Below, in pieces: positions 24,399 through 37,115 of a DNA stretch of 64,000 nt. Under the pieces are notes generated by a model. The model saw nothing but the letters and a program-made list of their open reading frames with translations, did no database searches and was not told the origin of the DNA. The translations under genes were made by a program, and so were the position numbers. Each line of letters starts with the position of its first letter. The stretch's first letter is position 1. This stretch comes from Camelus dromedarius. Its lineage: Eukaryota. The stretch is taken from NCBI RefSeq assembly GCF_036321535.1, contig NC_087447.1, positions 51,338,001 through 51,402,000 of the forward strand, written 5' to 3'.

Positions 24399-26737
24399 GG
24401 GGAAAAACTCAAGTCTCCCTCCTATCCTCATCCCCTACTTCTCTCAAAACAACTTTCTTATGTATCATGTGTAGGCACATGATAAACATAATCCCCACCG
24501 TAACCTCCAGCCCCTTTTCTCCTATATAAATATCTACATCTTGGTTTTTTTTTTTTCATTTAATGTATCTAGGTGCTTAATTCAGTATTGGTATGTAAGG
24601 TTCTTCTCAGTTCTTTTGAAGCAGATAGTTTTCCACTGCACAGGCATACTGTAAATAATTGACACAGGCTTAATTATAAACACTGAGGTTGTTTTAGTCT
24701 TTCACAAATAAATTTGCAATTAATATCCTTGAGCTTATGACTTTTCCTAATGTGTAATTTTATAAGATAAATTCCTTTAAGTGAAGTCTCTGGGTCAAAG
24801 AACACGTATGTCTTTAATTTTGACAAATAGTGTCCCTCAATTTTTACAAAAATCTCTTCTTAATTATATACAACCCCAATTTATTTAAGGTTTCTGTTTG
24901 TTTGTTTGTTTGTTTTTTAACAAGTTTGTTTGTTTGTTTTTAAGATTTGGATTTGCAGCAGACAGCTGTAAATTTTTGCAAGCCAGCATCCAAGCATCCT
25001 TTCTATCTGGGGTAATCCACCACTGTGAGAATCTGGGCAGGGGCAGTGCCTTCCCACTACAGAAGCTGAAAGGGTCAGATACTCCTGTCTTCTGGCAACA
25101 CACACAGTGTCAACCAGGACTCTGTGGTGACTCAAAGACACAGAAGCAATTAAATCAGTCTAACACCCAGAGGAAACACAACATCTTATATAAAACAATT
25201 CTACTTCCTAACCTTTTTCTGAGCCTGATTTATTTCAGCTTTCCTGTCCATTTTGTGAACTACCAGAAAGCCTTCTAATATTTTTTTCTTCTTAAATTAG
25301 CTACATTTGGATTTATTTATAACCAGAGTTTAGGCCGGTAATTCTAGTCATACTTTTATGAACATAAATTGCTACACTATCTTCATATTTGCATTACATA
25401 CTGTAAAGGCTTAGACTTCTTTATTTTGGGTAATATACATTTGCTTTTCTTCATAATTCTGTCAGCTATTTAATGCTACTATCGATATGCCTGATCCAAC
25501 CACCCCTTTCTCCTTTCCCAACCTGTGGTAAATGCCTACAAACTAGATGCTTAAGCAAATTGGACCTGTTTGTAGAGCAAGAGTAGAGACCTGCAGTGAA
25601 GGCCTGAAGGTGTTATGAGAAAAATGCATAATTTCATCACATCTGTTTTAATTGCTCAGTGGATTTTTAAGTATCAGGCATCTCAGATGTATTCTAAAGT
25701 GAGTTAACATTACATTTGTAGCTGCTTCTTTCTGTATGGAAAGAATTAACTACTATTGGTAATAGTTAAATTTACTGAGTCATCCTCTAGGCACTATTAT
25801 TAGTGATTCATATAATCTTCAAAATAATCCAAAAATAAAATCCAAAGAATTAGGCTGTATACACTTTTATTTAGCCGCCTTATTCCCAGGTTATATATTT
25901 CTATTTTTATCTTCTTAAAATTATGTTAAAAACAAAAATTCTCACTAAGTTCACTGGTCTCCCAAAAGATTTTCCTGATTTCTCATCTGAAATTATGAAG
26001 GCCCCTACATTAGATATTGGTTTTATTTATGAATATATGAGCAGAGCAAGATGCTAGTGAAAATATTTTTCAGTTAGAGATTCTCTGTCAAGGGATGGCA
26101 GTAATTCAATTAGAATCCTCATGAGGGATTTTCTTAGAATTACTATATATTAGCCACAGAAGGTGGGTACCAGATGCAGAGTCATCCAGTCTAGAAAGAC
26201 TTTAAAAATATGATTTCCATGAGAATTAGCTATGTAGTGATTTTATCTGAAATCCTGAAGATAATTCAAATTTGATCTAAATATCTAAAATCTCTTTGAA
26301 TAATGAGTAATCACACTTGTCTTCTAAAAGTAAAAGGCTACATACTATCATCATCTGTGCATAATCTCTCATCTTTAACAATACTGGCAAAGATCCTAAC
26401 AAGATCTCAAAATGCATAATCAAAGAATTAAACAAGCTTATTTGAACAGTATCAATATCTGACAAAGTGACCTGAGGGAGAAGGAAACCCACTGGGATAT
26501 TTTAATGAATACATTTTTTAAACAACAGAATCTAGAACAGATGACCACTAACCTTAGTCTTTAAGGATATTTTTAGATGCCTCATATTATGAAGGGAAAA
26601 ATGTGTCTTTTCTTTAAATTTTCTCTACATTAAGAAACAGGAAACAAAATTCCAGCAACCCTAAAATTAAGCTCAAATAGAATCAAGAAATGTTGGCTTG
26701 CTGATCATTATGAATTTCATTTTTAAAAAGTCTGACC

Positions 26738-26888
26738 TGGGGGGAGGGGACAGCTCAAGTGGTAGAGTGCATACTTAGCACACACAGGTCCTGGGTTCAA
26801 TCCCCAGTACTTCCCCCAAATGTAAATAAATAAATAGACTTAATTACCTCCCCCTACACCCCTACCAAAAAAGTAAAAAAAAAAAAAA
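26738..26888 (+). mobile_element. Vic-1-like SINE
   Basis: Head plus A-tail; TSD aaaaagtctgacc at 26725-26737 and 26889-26901. Confidence 0.9.
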
Positions 26889-28242
26889 AAAAAGTCTGAC
26901 CCGATCTTTTTTCTCACTTTCTTTTGCTCAAAGCTATGGGTACAATCGCCTAGTATTACAGAATGTTACAGCTGAATCTTTTAAAGACATTTAGACTTTT
27001 AAAGTCTAATCATTTCATTTTACAGAAATGAGGAAATAGGTCCAGAGAGGCTAAATACCTTGTCTGCCAAGTCAGAACTAGATGCATGGTCTCCTGCATC
27101 TTAGCCAATTGCATTATCCACAGTACCAGGCTGACCACAGAAGTGCCTACAGGAAGCAGTACACAGAGTCTTCTCAACACTTTGTTGACGTGTTATCAAA
27201 GCACTTTATGCTTGCTTCACTGAAAGGCATGATTTCAAATATGTAAGCATGACTTTAAAAAAGGATTCAAATAGAACTTCTAAGGTTAGCCCATGAAAAT
27301 ACCTGAACTGCTTTCTGAAAAATGGATAAATGTCTAGGATAGAATTATGAGCGCTACTGAGATTGGTAGCAGAGAAATTTGGGAACTTCCTGTGCTATTC
27401 ATTGAAATTTTAACATTAAAAACCCTGCAGTAAAAAGAAAGTTTGCTTTCTTTCAGCTGCTGGTAGATGGTAAAACTATGGTATTTGGGAGTATAGGCTT
27501 AAAAATCACAGTTCACGACCTATATGACCTTAAGCATTACTTTACTCTCTGTAACTCAGTTTCCTCATCACTAAAGTGGGATCAGAAAAGCACCTAAACG
27601 TCAGAAGGAGTAAAGAATATCATACACATAATGCTTGTAAAGGACTCAAGACAGTGGCTGGTACAGAGAAGGTCTCAGTAAATTTCAGTAAATTTCCAAG
27701 TGGCCCTTTTACTTGCTTGTTGTAACAAATTCAGTATTTCTGAGACTCTGGTCAGAAAAAGGATTAGCAAAAAGTTTACTTTTCAGTCTACCATGCAAGA
27801 TGAAGGAAACCAAGTAAAACTGCTAAAAAAGAACACTAGGCTTAGTGGTGACAAACTAGTTTAGTCACCAATTAGCCAAGTAATTCTGAATAGCTTTTCT
27901 AACCTTATTTTTAAGGTCATAAAAGTCCAAGTATCAACCTGTAATTACAAATCAGCCTTAGAAATACCCAGGTGTCTCTACTGAAGACAGAGAGTTGTAA
28001 AGTATGCTATGAAAAATCACTACTAATCCAGTGGAAGAAGTAGAAATCCTTCTGAAATGTTGAGTCTCTGTCCTACTACTTATCTGCCGGAAGCTCCAAC
28101 TATACATTTTCTTACTTACTTAATGTTCACATTCTCAACAAAAATCAAACAAAAATACAACAAAAAAGATTCTCATTTTTTGCCAGCATTAATTTTTTAC
28201 AAAACACTTATTAATGGTTTTAGTCAAGAATGAGAGCACAAT

Positions 28243-28995
28243 AATATAAAAAACCTAGATTTATTTGTTAAGCTGCTATAAAGACAAAACAATTATCTGA
28301 AGTACTTCGAGGACTTCATCCCAATCTCACTTGTTCGTTTACAGAAAGTGACCTAAGAGGCTGGAAATTAAAGGATGTAACCTAAGAGGTTATAACAGAA
28401 CAGACTGGTGAAACATGGCTGAAAGGAGCAAAGGCTAGGCAGAAGCACTTGTGTTAGTGGTAGTATGTGTGGTGGGATGCTCCTGAAGAGGCTTCGCAGA
28501 GTTAATTAATCTGGGTCCCCAATTAGTAAAAAGACCCTTATCCCTGTGGACACTGAGCAGAGGCCAGGATTTCTCTGAGATCTCTGTGTCTTTCTTTTTT
28601 AAGGAGTAAGGGCATCCCTAGGTTCTAAGGTGTGTATCCTAGATTCTGCCTCTCTTTCCCACGCAGTCTGCCTAAACCTTAAGCGCCAGTGCATTTCCAT
28701 TACGCAGTCCTGCTAGGTTATGAGGATGCATACAGTAAAAGCCTACTCAGAAGGTACACCTAGATACAAAGTTCTGGGGGTAAATAATAAACTACAAAAT
28801 ATCCTTGGTTAAATTAATTCACCTTTGTTAATAAAGGTTATAGTTCTTCTGCTGGTAACAACTTGTTGTCTCAGTATAGTCTGTCTCAAGAAAGAACTGG
28901 TTCAGGTAAGTTTTGGAGAAGGAAAAAGACTTTCATCAACACCCACTCCACAGTGGAAGAGGCACCAAGTTCTCTCCTACAGTAATGAGCAGAAT
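28243..28995 (-). other. CLNS1A: CLNS1A non-coding terminal exon (3'UTR)
   Basis: Strong acceptor ccttttgtttttcag| at 28996/28995; AATAAA on - strand at 28260-28265. The 3' end is approximate. Confidence 0.8.
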
Positions 28996-29771
28996 CTGAA
29001 AAACAAAAGGTTCACCATGTTTATAATAATAGCTATTATTTACTGAATTCCTAGTCAAAAGTGCCAGTGGACTCACATATATTGTATCTCAGTCTTTGCA
29101 ACGATCCTGCCGGGTCATTACTCTCATCCTCATTTTTCAGATGAGGAAACCAAGGATTAGAGAAGTTACACATCTTGTCCAAAAGCACAGAGCTAGTATG
29201 TGGCAGAGTTGTGATTCTATCATTCACGTGCCGTCCCCTTCATCCTATCTCATGCATTGAGAGGTACTAGTTCCATTATCCTGAAATTTTTAATAGTTGC
29301 ATACATACTCTAATTATTCCTTGTTCATTCCTCAAAGGCAAATACAATTTTAAATTATTAAAAATTTACAAACATTGTTTGGAATTCAGGTCAATATTAT
29401 CCAGATGAAGAACTGGTATAAACTTTATGAATAAAATTTCTCTTCACTGCAGCTGTAGCATAAAATTATAAGAAAACAAGTCATCAGCTCATTAGAAAGT
29501 TTGTGGCTATTTTATGGTTATTTCACCATAAAATTACATTACAACAAATCCTAAGAATTCTTGCCAAGAAACTGCTGTAACATCTCATTTGTGTAACCAT
29601 TAGTGACACATCAAATGAGTTTCTCATAATCCTTATTAGTAAAGTAGTTGGTATTCTCTGAATAGTCTGTTTTCAAGAAGAAATATGTTAAAGCCAGAAG
29701 ATCAAAAAATCTGTTTTCCAGTCTCATAGAAGTTACTAAATAAGTATTACTGAACTGAAAAAACCAATATG

Positions 29772-29957
29772 AGGGGGGTAGGTATAGCTCAAGTGGTAGA
29801 ATGCATGCTTAGCATGCACAAGGTCCCGGGTTCAATCCCGAGTATCTTCTCTAAAAATAATAAAGCAAGCAAGCAAGCTAATTACCTAGCCCCACCATAA
29901 AAAAAAAAAAAAAAAAAAGAACCAAAAAATAAAGTTCTTAAAAAAAAAAAAAAAAAA
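29772..29957 (+). mobile_element. Vic-1-like SINE with long bipartite A-tail (in the CLNS1A 3'UTR intron)
   Basis: TSD aaaaaaccaatatg at 29758-29771 and 29958-29971. Confidence 0.9.
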
Positions 29958-31521
29958 AAAAAACCAATATGCTATAAAAAAGGTGACAGATAAGAACCTG
30001 GGAAATAAGGGAACAAGATGAGAGTTGGTACTGAAAGATTTCCCATGAAGCAGAGTAGTCAAGTACTGACATCTGAACTGTGAGATCTGAAGATTAAAGT
30101 TAACAAAGCTCCTGCAATATTAACATACAATTTTAGCTCACTGCAGAAGAGACATTGCTGATTTCAGACTATATGGCTACCAATGACAGAAGTAAATGTT
30201 ACGGAAATAAATATTTAAAGAAAGAGATGTAAATCACAGAACTCTAAGATTATTTTCTAATAGTTCCACTGGCAGCACCTGAGAGGAAAGAAGAGATTCA
30301 TTATCACAATTCATGATTAGTGTAAGAAAGTGACATTATATTCACAATGGCAATAATTTGGAAGGTAAATGGAACTTGAAATAACAAGAGATCTCACAGC
30401 CTAACTGGATGCCTGATAATGGCTCAAGAGTAAAGGCAAAATATATAAATCTTGCCATGATATTACTTACACTTTAAATAAAATAAAGGACCTGGGTATA
30501 AGTACTATCTTAAAGAATGGAAACAGCTAGTATTCAAGAAAATGCTGTCAGGTCAGTGGTAGGAGGTCACTGTAAATAGGAAAGTGGGACAAAAGCACAG
30601 AGTGTAAATGTAAAAATCTTAGTTTTTAAAGGAAGAATTGCTAATGACTAATCCTAGCTCTGTATGATATAAACTAGCTACATGACCTTCAGTTATTATC
30701 TACCATATAGCTGAAATACTCAACCTGGCAAAGGCCAATTTATTTCTCAGAATAGCATGTAACAAACTTCAGGCAAAGCCCATGAGAATGTGTCAGAGGA
30801 GAGAAAATTGGCAGTGAAATCTTATGTCAATCAAGAAAAGCAGGTATGAAGCAACTTGGGAAATCACAGCTTTTACGTAGCCGTACATGGACTTGTCATG
30901 GTTTGAACACTCAGGTGCCTGAGACCTAGGTCCTCCATTATCTTCAGAAGGAGGGAAACCAATCAAGATTATGATTCAAGGCTTACCCTCAGATTAGAAT
31001 TACTTCTACTTCTTCCCTAAATTGAACAGCAGTGAGTTGCAGCAAATCTCTGCTTTGTGTTTTGATGAGTATGTTAAGGTTTCAAACATCGTAAGTGGGG
31101 AAGTGGGGAAAGGTGACTCAAGAGCAGAGCACAACATGACCTCAGGCCCTGTTGCTTCCACCTGAGCCACCCAAGGAGATTTCTGTTTCTGAACAAAGGG
31201 CTAATGTCATTCTTCTATTCACTGAAGATGGGTATATCTTATTCTTCCAGGTACTCTCAATGCCTAGCCTAGTACAGTGCCTGGCATGTAGTAAATGCTC
31301 AGTAAATGTTAACCAGAATGTCACCATGTCTGCAAATCTTGATTTCTTAGGGGAAAAAACTACGTAATTTTCAGTAATTTCACAAATGGATAACTTTTTT
31401 CCAAACTGATAATTTTATAGAGTTCTCCTAATTATGAAAATAAAAATTATTTCATGTGATTTTCACGTTCAGTGACAAGGAAGAAAACAAACTACTCACC
31501 CCAAAGCAGCAGCAAACATTT

Positions 31522-31589
31522 TCAGTGATCAACATCCGCATCCTCAAACTGTCCTGCAACTGTTGGTGTAGTATCTACCTCCATTCCAT
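31522..31589 (-). CDS. CLNS1A: pICln coding exon 6 (stop; exon continues 22 nt as UTR to a donor after 31500)
   Basis: ttgtcttcag|; DGMEVDTTPTVAGQFEDADVDH*. Total CDS 714 nt = 237 aa plus stop. Donor GG|gtgagt at 31500/31499. Confidence 0.96.
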
Positions 31590-32079
31590 CTGAAGACAAA
31601 ATTAACTGTTGAGCAACAGTCTACTAGGCACTTCAAATAGGTAAAGACCCAAATTACATTTTGGCCAGAAGGAAGCTAGTGCCCTCTGCCGGTAAGAGGT
31701 GTTATTTCTTTCTCTTTTGAAAATTAAAGTACCAAGGAACAAATTGAGAAAGAAAAAAGCCACCTGTGGATTTACGCCAAGTTAAAACTAGTCTATATAT
31801 TTAAGACTTACTTTGTAATTCTCAACCTCAACACTGAAAGAACACCAAGCAGGAATTTTCAAGCGCAGTAAGCATCAACTGTTCACTCTTCACAGAACTG
31901 TGCAAGGTGTTTACTGTGCAAATTTTTTTTGAAGGTAAAAAGTCCTATCCTCATAAGCTTACAACATAATTCAGGAGAAAAAACAAAATAAGTAGAGTGA
32001 GGTTCTTGCTCATCTCTATTTTTACCTCATTTTTTAAAAAGGGAGAGAGGGCGGACAAGGAAAAAAAGCCCTCTGTAAA

Positions 32080-33065
32080 GCGTTTTCTACAGCTGCGTTC
32101 TCCACTTCCTCACCTCCCATTCACCCAGCTCTTTAGTCCACCACAAACTGGCTTCTGCCTGCAGCCCCTAGGCACCCATCACCAGGACATCCAGCAGGGT
32201 ATACAAATCTAACATTTATCTAAAATTAACTCATTATTCATCTTTCCACATACAAAATGCTTCCCTTGCCAAACAATCTTGCAAAAGGATACCTCTTACC
32301 TTCCCAACCCAGAAACCCCTACCTACCATGTCTTTAACTTCTGTTGCTTCTCTTAAATATTTCTCAAATCTGTTCAGTCTTTTGACACTGACTGCCACTA
32401 CTCAATTTAAGCCACTATCTCTCACCTAATTTAAAACATAAGCTACTTAACAGGGTTTCTCTTCTTGCCTTCAGTATTTCCCTCTGTAATTAACTTTTCT
32501 TATCATAGTCAGAGTCATCTTTTGAAACACTAATCAAACTAAAATTCTTCAACAGCTTCCCACTGACCTAAGTGTAAAGGTGAAATTCTTTAACACAGCT
32601 TTCAAGTTCCTGTGAGATACAGCCCAGTTCACTACTCCACCTTTATCTGGTGCTACAGTAACTACCCTTCACACTGGGAGTCCAGACATAATGAAGTTTC
32701 AGTTCCCCAAAGCTGCATGGTCTCTTGAACTTTTGCACATGTCTGATCCCTCTACCTGCTTCTCTCCCCAACCTGTATGCAGTCCCCCTTCACCCTGTTC
32801 ACTTTTATGCATCTTTAGATTTTGGCTTAGATGTCACTTACTCCATGAAGCTTGAACCTCTCCCTGACTACCCAAGCTGGGTGACAGGCCGAGCTTCCAA
32901 GATCACAGTTTCTCGAGCTTCTCCTATATCTCAATGCTGTATCACAATGTCCTGTAACTACCTAATTAATTCATTTTTCTCTCCACTAGCATGCCACTGA
33001 TATAACCTCATCTTCTTGAGCACTCCTTTAGTCTCTGTACCTGGCACAGTAGCTCAATAAACACC
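32080..33065 (+). mobile_element. L2 remnant
   Basis: caaactggcttctgcc, cagagtcatctttt, cctggcacagtagctcaataaa 3' end. Confidence 0.6.
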
Positions 33066-34997
33066 TCTTACACAAATAAACACATGCACTAATTATGTAT
33101 CAAAACATCATGTTGCACACTTTGAATATATACAATTTTTATTTTAAAAATAAATTTAAAAAATAAACAGGTCAAACTAATTTAATAAATGGCAGAGAGA
33201 GTGATATGGGTATCCAGGACTTTAGAAGATGGGGAATGGTAAAGGCTGAAAAAGTTTTATATGTAGGCAAATCTCAATACGCTAATGAGGCTTAGGAATA
33301 CAAGTCCAAAAATCTCACTTTAGCAAAGTGTTTGTGACCTTAAAATCAGTTGCTATAAAGGAATTTTACAATTAAAAACAATGACAACAACAAAAACCCT
33401 TCAGTGATAAAAGATTTTTCAAAGTCCAAAGGTACTCTTCAGTCAATGTCTGTAATAAAAAAGGTAACATCTTGAATTCTTTCAGCTAAGAGTTTGGTAG
33501 GGAACTACAAGTCATCTAAAGCCTATGTTAGAGCTCACCATCTAGGACTTAAAATGGAGAGAAGACATAAGGAATAACTGCATGACCCAAAGCCTGATTT
33601 TTTGCAAATTAAATATCCCATAACTTCAGGACCCCCAGGTCAACATGCTATGTGTATAGTGATACTGATCACAGCAGTTTGATAGAAACTTATATGAACC
33701 AACAAAAGAAATTACAAACATTCCGCATCACTAAAAATTAGAAGTATTAAGACTCTGTAGCAACATAAAACACTAATGTATATTGAATACATATAAGATG
33801 CAAGAAATGCTCATAACAGTGCCTGGCAGATTATTTTTGCATATTAGCTGATTTAAGCTTCTTGCCACTTATTAGCTATTTGACCTCAAGCAAGTTATGT
33901 GACCTTTCTGTGCCTCAGTTTCTTTATCTGTAAAATGGGGATCATAAACAGCATCTACTAGAGGGTTCTTAGAAGGAGTAAATGAGTAAATACATCTAAA
34001 TCAGGACCTGGTACATACAAGAATTATTTAAATGTTTTATTGAGGGCAGCAGGAACATGATCAGAGGTAAGTGGAGCAGAGACAGAGTTGTCTCTTCAGA
34101 ATGAAAAGTTAGAACTTTATACAGTGAGTACCAGACAATCACTGAGGGGATATCCTTATATAGGAATGACACAGAGTGTTCTCAAAAGATTAATACCGCA
34201 CAGTGAGCTGGAGAAGGGATGACTGTGGCAAAAAACTTACTATTGTAAATCCAGTGTGAGAAGGGCCTAGGTTTAGAAGACAGCAGTAGTTATAGGAAGA
34301 AGATCTGAAAAGTCATTTAAGAGAAAAATGCAGACCTCAGTATTGGACTGGATAAGGGAAAAATGGTAAAGGCTGAGTCAAAAGAATACTTCAAGATTCT
34401 AATTGAAATAGGATACTGAGAAAAAGAGAACCAGTCTTATAGGCAAAGTATTTACAAAGCTTACAAATATGAGACAAATGAAACAAAAGTTAAACCTACT
34501 TATTTAAAGTCCAGACGTCTGTCACAAAAAGAGAACCCAAGTTTCTTGAATGCTGCATAGCCCTTTAAATCGACTATCCTAGTTTTGCATATAATCATGT
34601 AGGAATTCATTTAAAAAATAAAAACAGCAGCATCAATGTGTGCACATACACATAAGCAAACAAACAAAAAGACTGGAAAGATATGCAGAAAATTAATAGA
34701 TGTCTCTCAGTTAGAATTATACCTGATTCTTCATCTCTTGTCTGTACCCAATTAAGAAATTTTTTTTGATTGTGAACAAAGACTATTTTTATAGTTACGG
34801 CAAAAAGTTAAAAAAAAAATCACATGAGAATTTCCATTCTTTATAACTCTACACTTGCTTCCTACACTATAAAGAGTTAACTCTTGAGACTTTCCTGTCT
34901 TAGATATTCCAAAAGAACCTGTATGTCCCTCTCCAGAACTTTCCTTGTTGCCCAAGTGACCATCTGACTATTCACACCGAAAAAAATGGATACTCAC

Positions 34998-35171
34998 CTT
35001 CATAATCTCTTACTGAATCTTCTGTCCGTACTCCAGCCATGTTATACTGGCTGCTCACAGACTGAGAAAGCATTCCTTCCAATCTCTCCAATGTTGCTTG
35101 GCCTTCTGGTGTTAAATGGGACAATCCTTCTTCATAGGTGTAAAATGTAGGAATGTCCCCCTGCCCTTGTT
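34998..35171 (-). CDS. CLNS1A: pICln coding exon 5
   Basis: tttatttag| ... |gtgagt; 174 nt; EQGQGDIPTFYTYEEGLSHLTPEGQATLERLEGMLSQSVSSQYNMAGVRTEDSVRDYE. Confidence 0.96.
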
Positions 35172-36246
35172 CTAAATAAATAAAAAGCTTTTAAGTTATT
35201 ATAAAACAATTTTTTAAAAAGAAAGATAATCAATAATGCATTTACTGCAGTACAGTGAAAAAAAGGCTTCAATGAAAACACTCAACATTCATTTAACATA
35301 TATTTATCAGCCATCTGCTAAAGACAGATATATAAAAATGTTTCTACTCTCTAGGACGAGAAGGGATTCCAAGAGAGAATGAGCCAGTAAACAAGAATTC
35401 CCAAAGAATTAAATGTCCAGGGACTAGAAGGAAAAGTGGGTGTTCCTAAGGTCAGGGAGTCTTATATTATTCCAAGGTGTGAATTATACACTTTTTTTCC
35501 TTATTAAAATACATACTCCTTCTAAAAAATCAGAAATTCTGGAAAATACAAACAGAACTTAAAAAATTAAAATTACCCAAAAATCTCAGCAAAGATGAGC
35601 ATGTATTTAGATATATGGAGAATCCCAGAAATGAGAGTGTCTCAGGCCAGAAAGTAGGTACACATGGAGGAAAAGGTTTTGGAGACCCAACCTGGTATGT
35701 ACTGTATAAACTGGTCAGCGGGAAAAAGAAAAGAGAATAGCAGGCACATCAGGTTACAAGACTATAGCAAGCTAGTGACTGTATTCTGCTCTGGGGAGGT
35801 AAAGGGAAAAGTTCTTAGATAAATGAAGCAGGGTTCTGAGAAAAAGAAATTACTTTGGAAATGAGGTGTTTGATGGAATATGTTAAAAGATGCAGACGAT
35901 ACAGGTTCCAATAAGTGGTGAGAAGCGATTTGTTTTCCAGGAGCAGCTGCACCAACTTAAAAGATTCTCCTGACTATCCACTTTCCTATTATCATTTTCT
36001 TTCCTTCCATTTATCTCTACCCATTTTCTCTCCTCAGTAATCTCTCTTTTTTTGCCCTCAAACTTGGAAAGTCCATTAATTTTTCCAATTTGGCTTAGAC
36101 ACAAATTGTGCCATTCACTTTCATTTAAAAACATAGCTAATATGGGTACTTACAGATATAAAGAACTATAATCCCATCCCCTTATATAAACAGATGCTTA
36201 AAATGAAAGACACATACACACACTGTAAAAAATCCACTTCACTAAC

Positions 36247-36354
36247 CATGTGCTTCCACATCATATTCTTCTCCATCGTAATCATCTGAATCTTCATCCT
36301 CAGGATCTGGATGCAAAGCCTGGCATTCACACATTGCAGTGAACATTGCCTCCA
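36247..36354 (-). CDS. CLNS1A: pICln coding exon 4
   Basis: cttgttcag| ... |gttagt; 108 nt; LEAMFTAMCECQALHPDPEDEDSDDYDGEEYDVEAH. Confidence 0.96.
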
Positions 36355-37013
36355 CTGAACAAGGGAAGTAAGCTGTAATTAATTTTCTTTCTGGACAATG
36401 TACAATAAAAGTTTAATAAAATAACCATCAGTACAAATTAATTTAATGAGTAGACAAGAGGTATACTAAGGTCACAATATTTACAAAACCTGCCAAATTC
36501 AAAGGAAAATCAATCTTGAAAAGTGCTTGATCACAATGGACAAGTCATAAAACAGTAAGAGTTCATTTCAAAATACTGAGATTTCTTCATGCCTGGTTGG
36601 ATTTTCTCATTAAAAGTGTCAGAGTCCTGGTCAGACTGTTGGCATCAGGGTGAAGCCTCTCAGCTCACAGGGCTTTTTTGAGCTATCCTGGCATCCTCCA
36701 CTTTGGAACTGCCATGAGTCCTCTCTCCTCTATCCAGTGACATTCACAGTCAACAGCACCAAGTTCCTAACAATAACCAGATTCCTCCATTCACAAAACA
36801 CACCAAGCAACATAGTGTCTACTGTACTCTCACTTCATTCACAATCTTTTATTAATAGATATCTGGTCCTCAACCATATTAGAGATGTTAAAATGAAGAA
36901 AAAGCAATAGAAAAGAGGTAATGAGGGTAAAGGTAAGTGTGTGTGTGGATGGGGGATGGAGGGGGAACACTTAGAACATAAAGGGAAAAGAATCAACTCT
37001 ATATAACACTCAC

Positions 37014-37115
37014 ATGCTGATTTATCACTAGGCACAAATCTAAATTCAGCAATAGGTTCAACATCATCATCACTGTCTTCCTCTTCTTCATCAGCAACAG
37101 ATTCTTTTGATTCTT
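37014..37115 (-). CDS. CLNS1A: pICln coding exon 3
   Basis: ccctttctag| ... |gtgagt; 102 nt; EESKESVADEEEEDSDDDVEPIAEFRFVPSDKSA. Confidence 0.96.

Noticed and set aside
28430..28650. Possible ~200-nt segment of the CLNS1A 3'UTR that I recall being absent from human mRNA
   Set aside because: Rests only on memory of the human sequence; needs an alignment before any claim.
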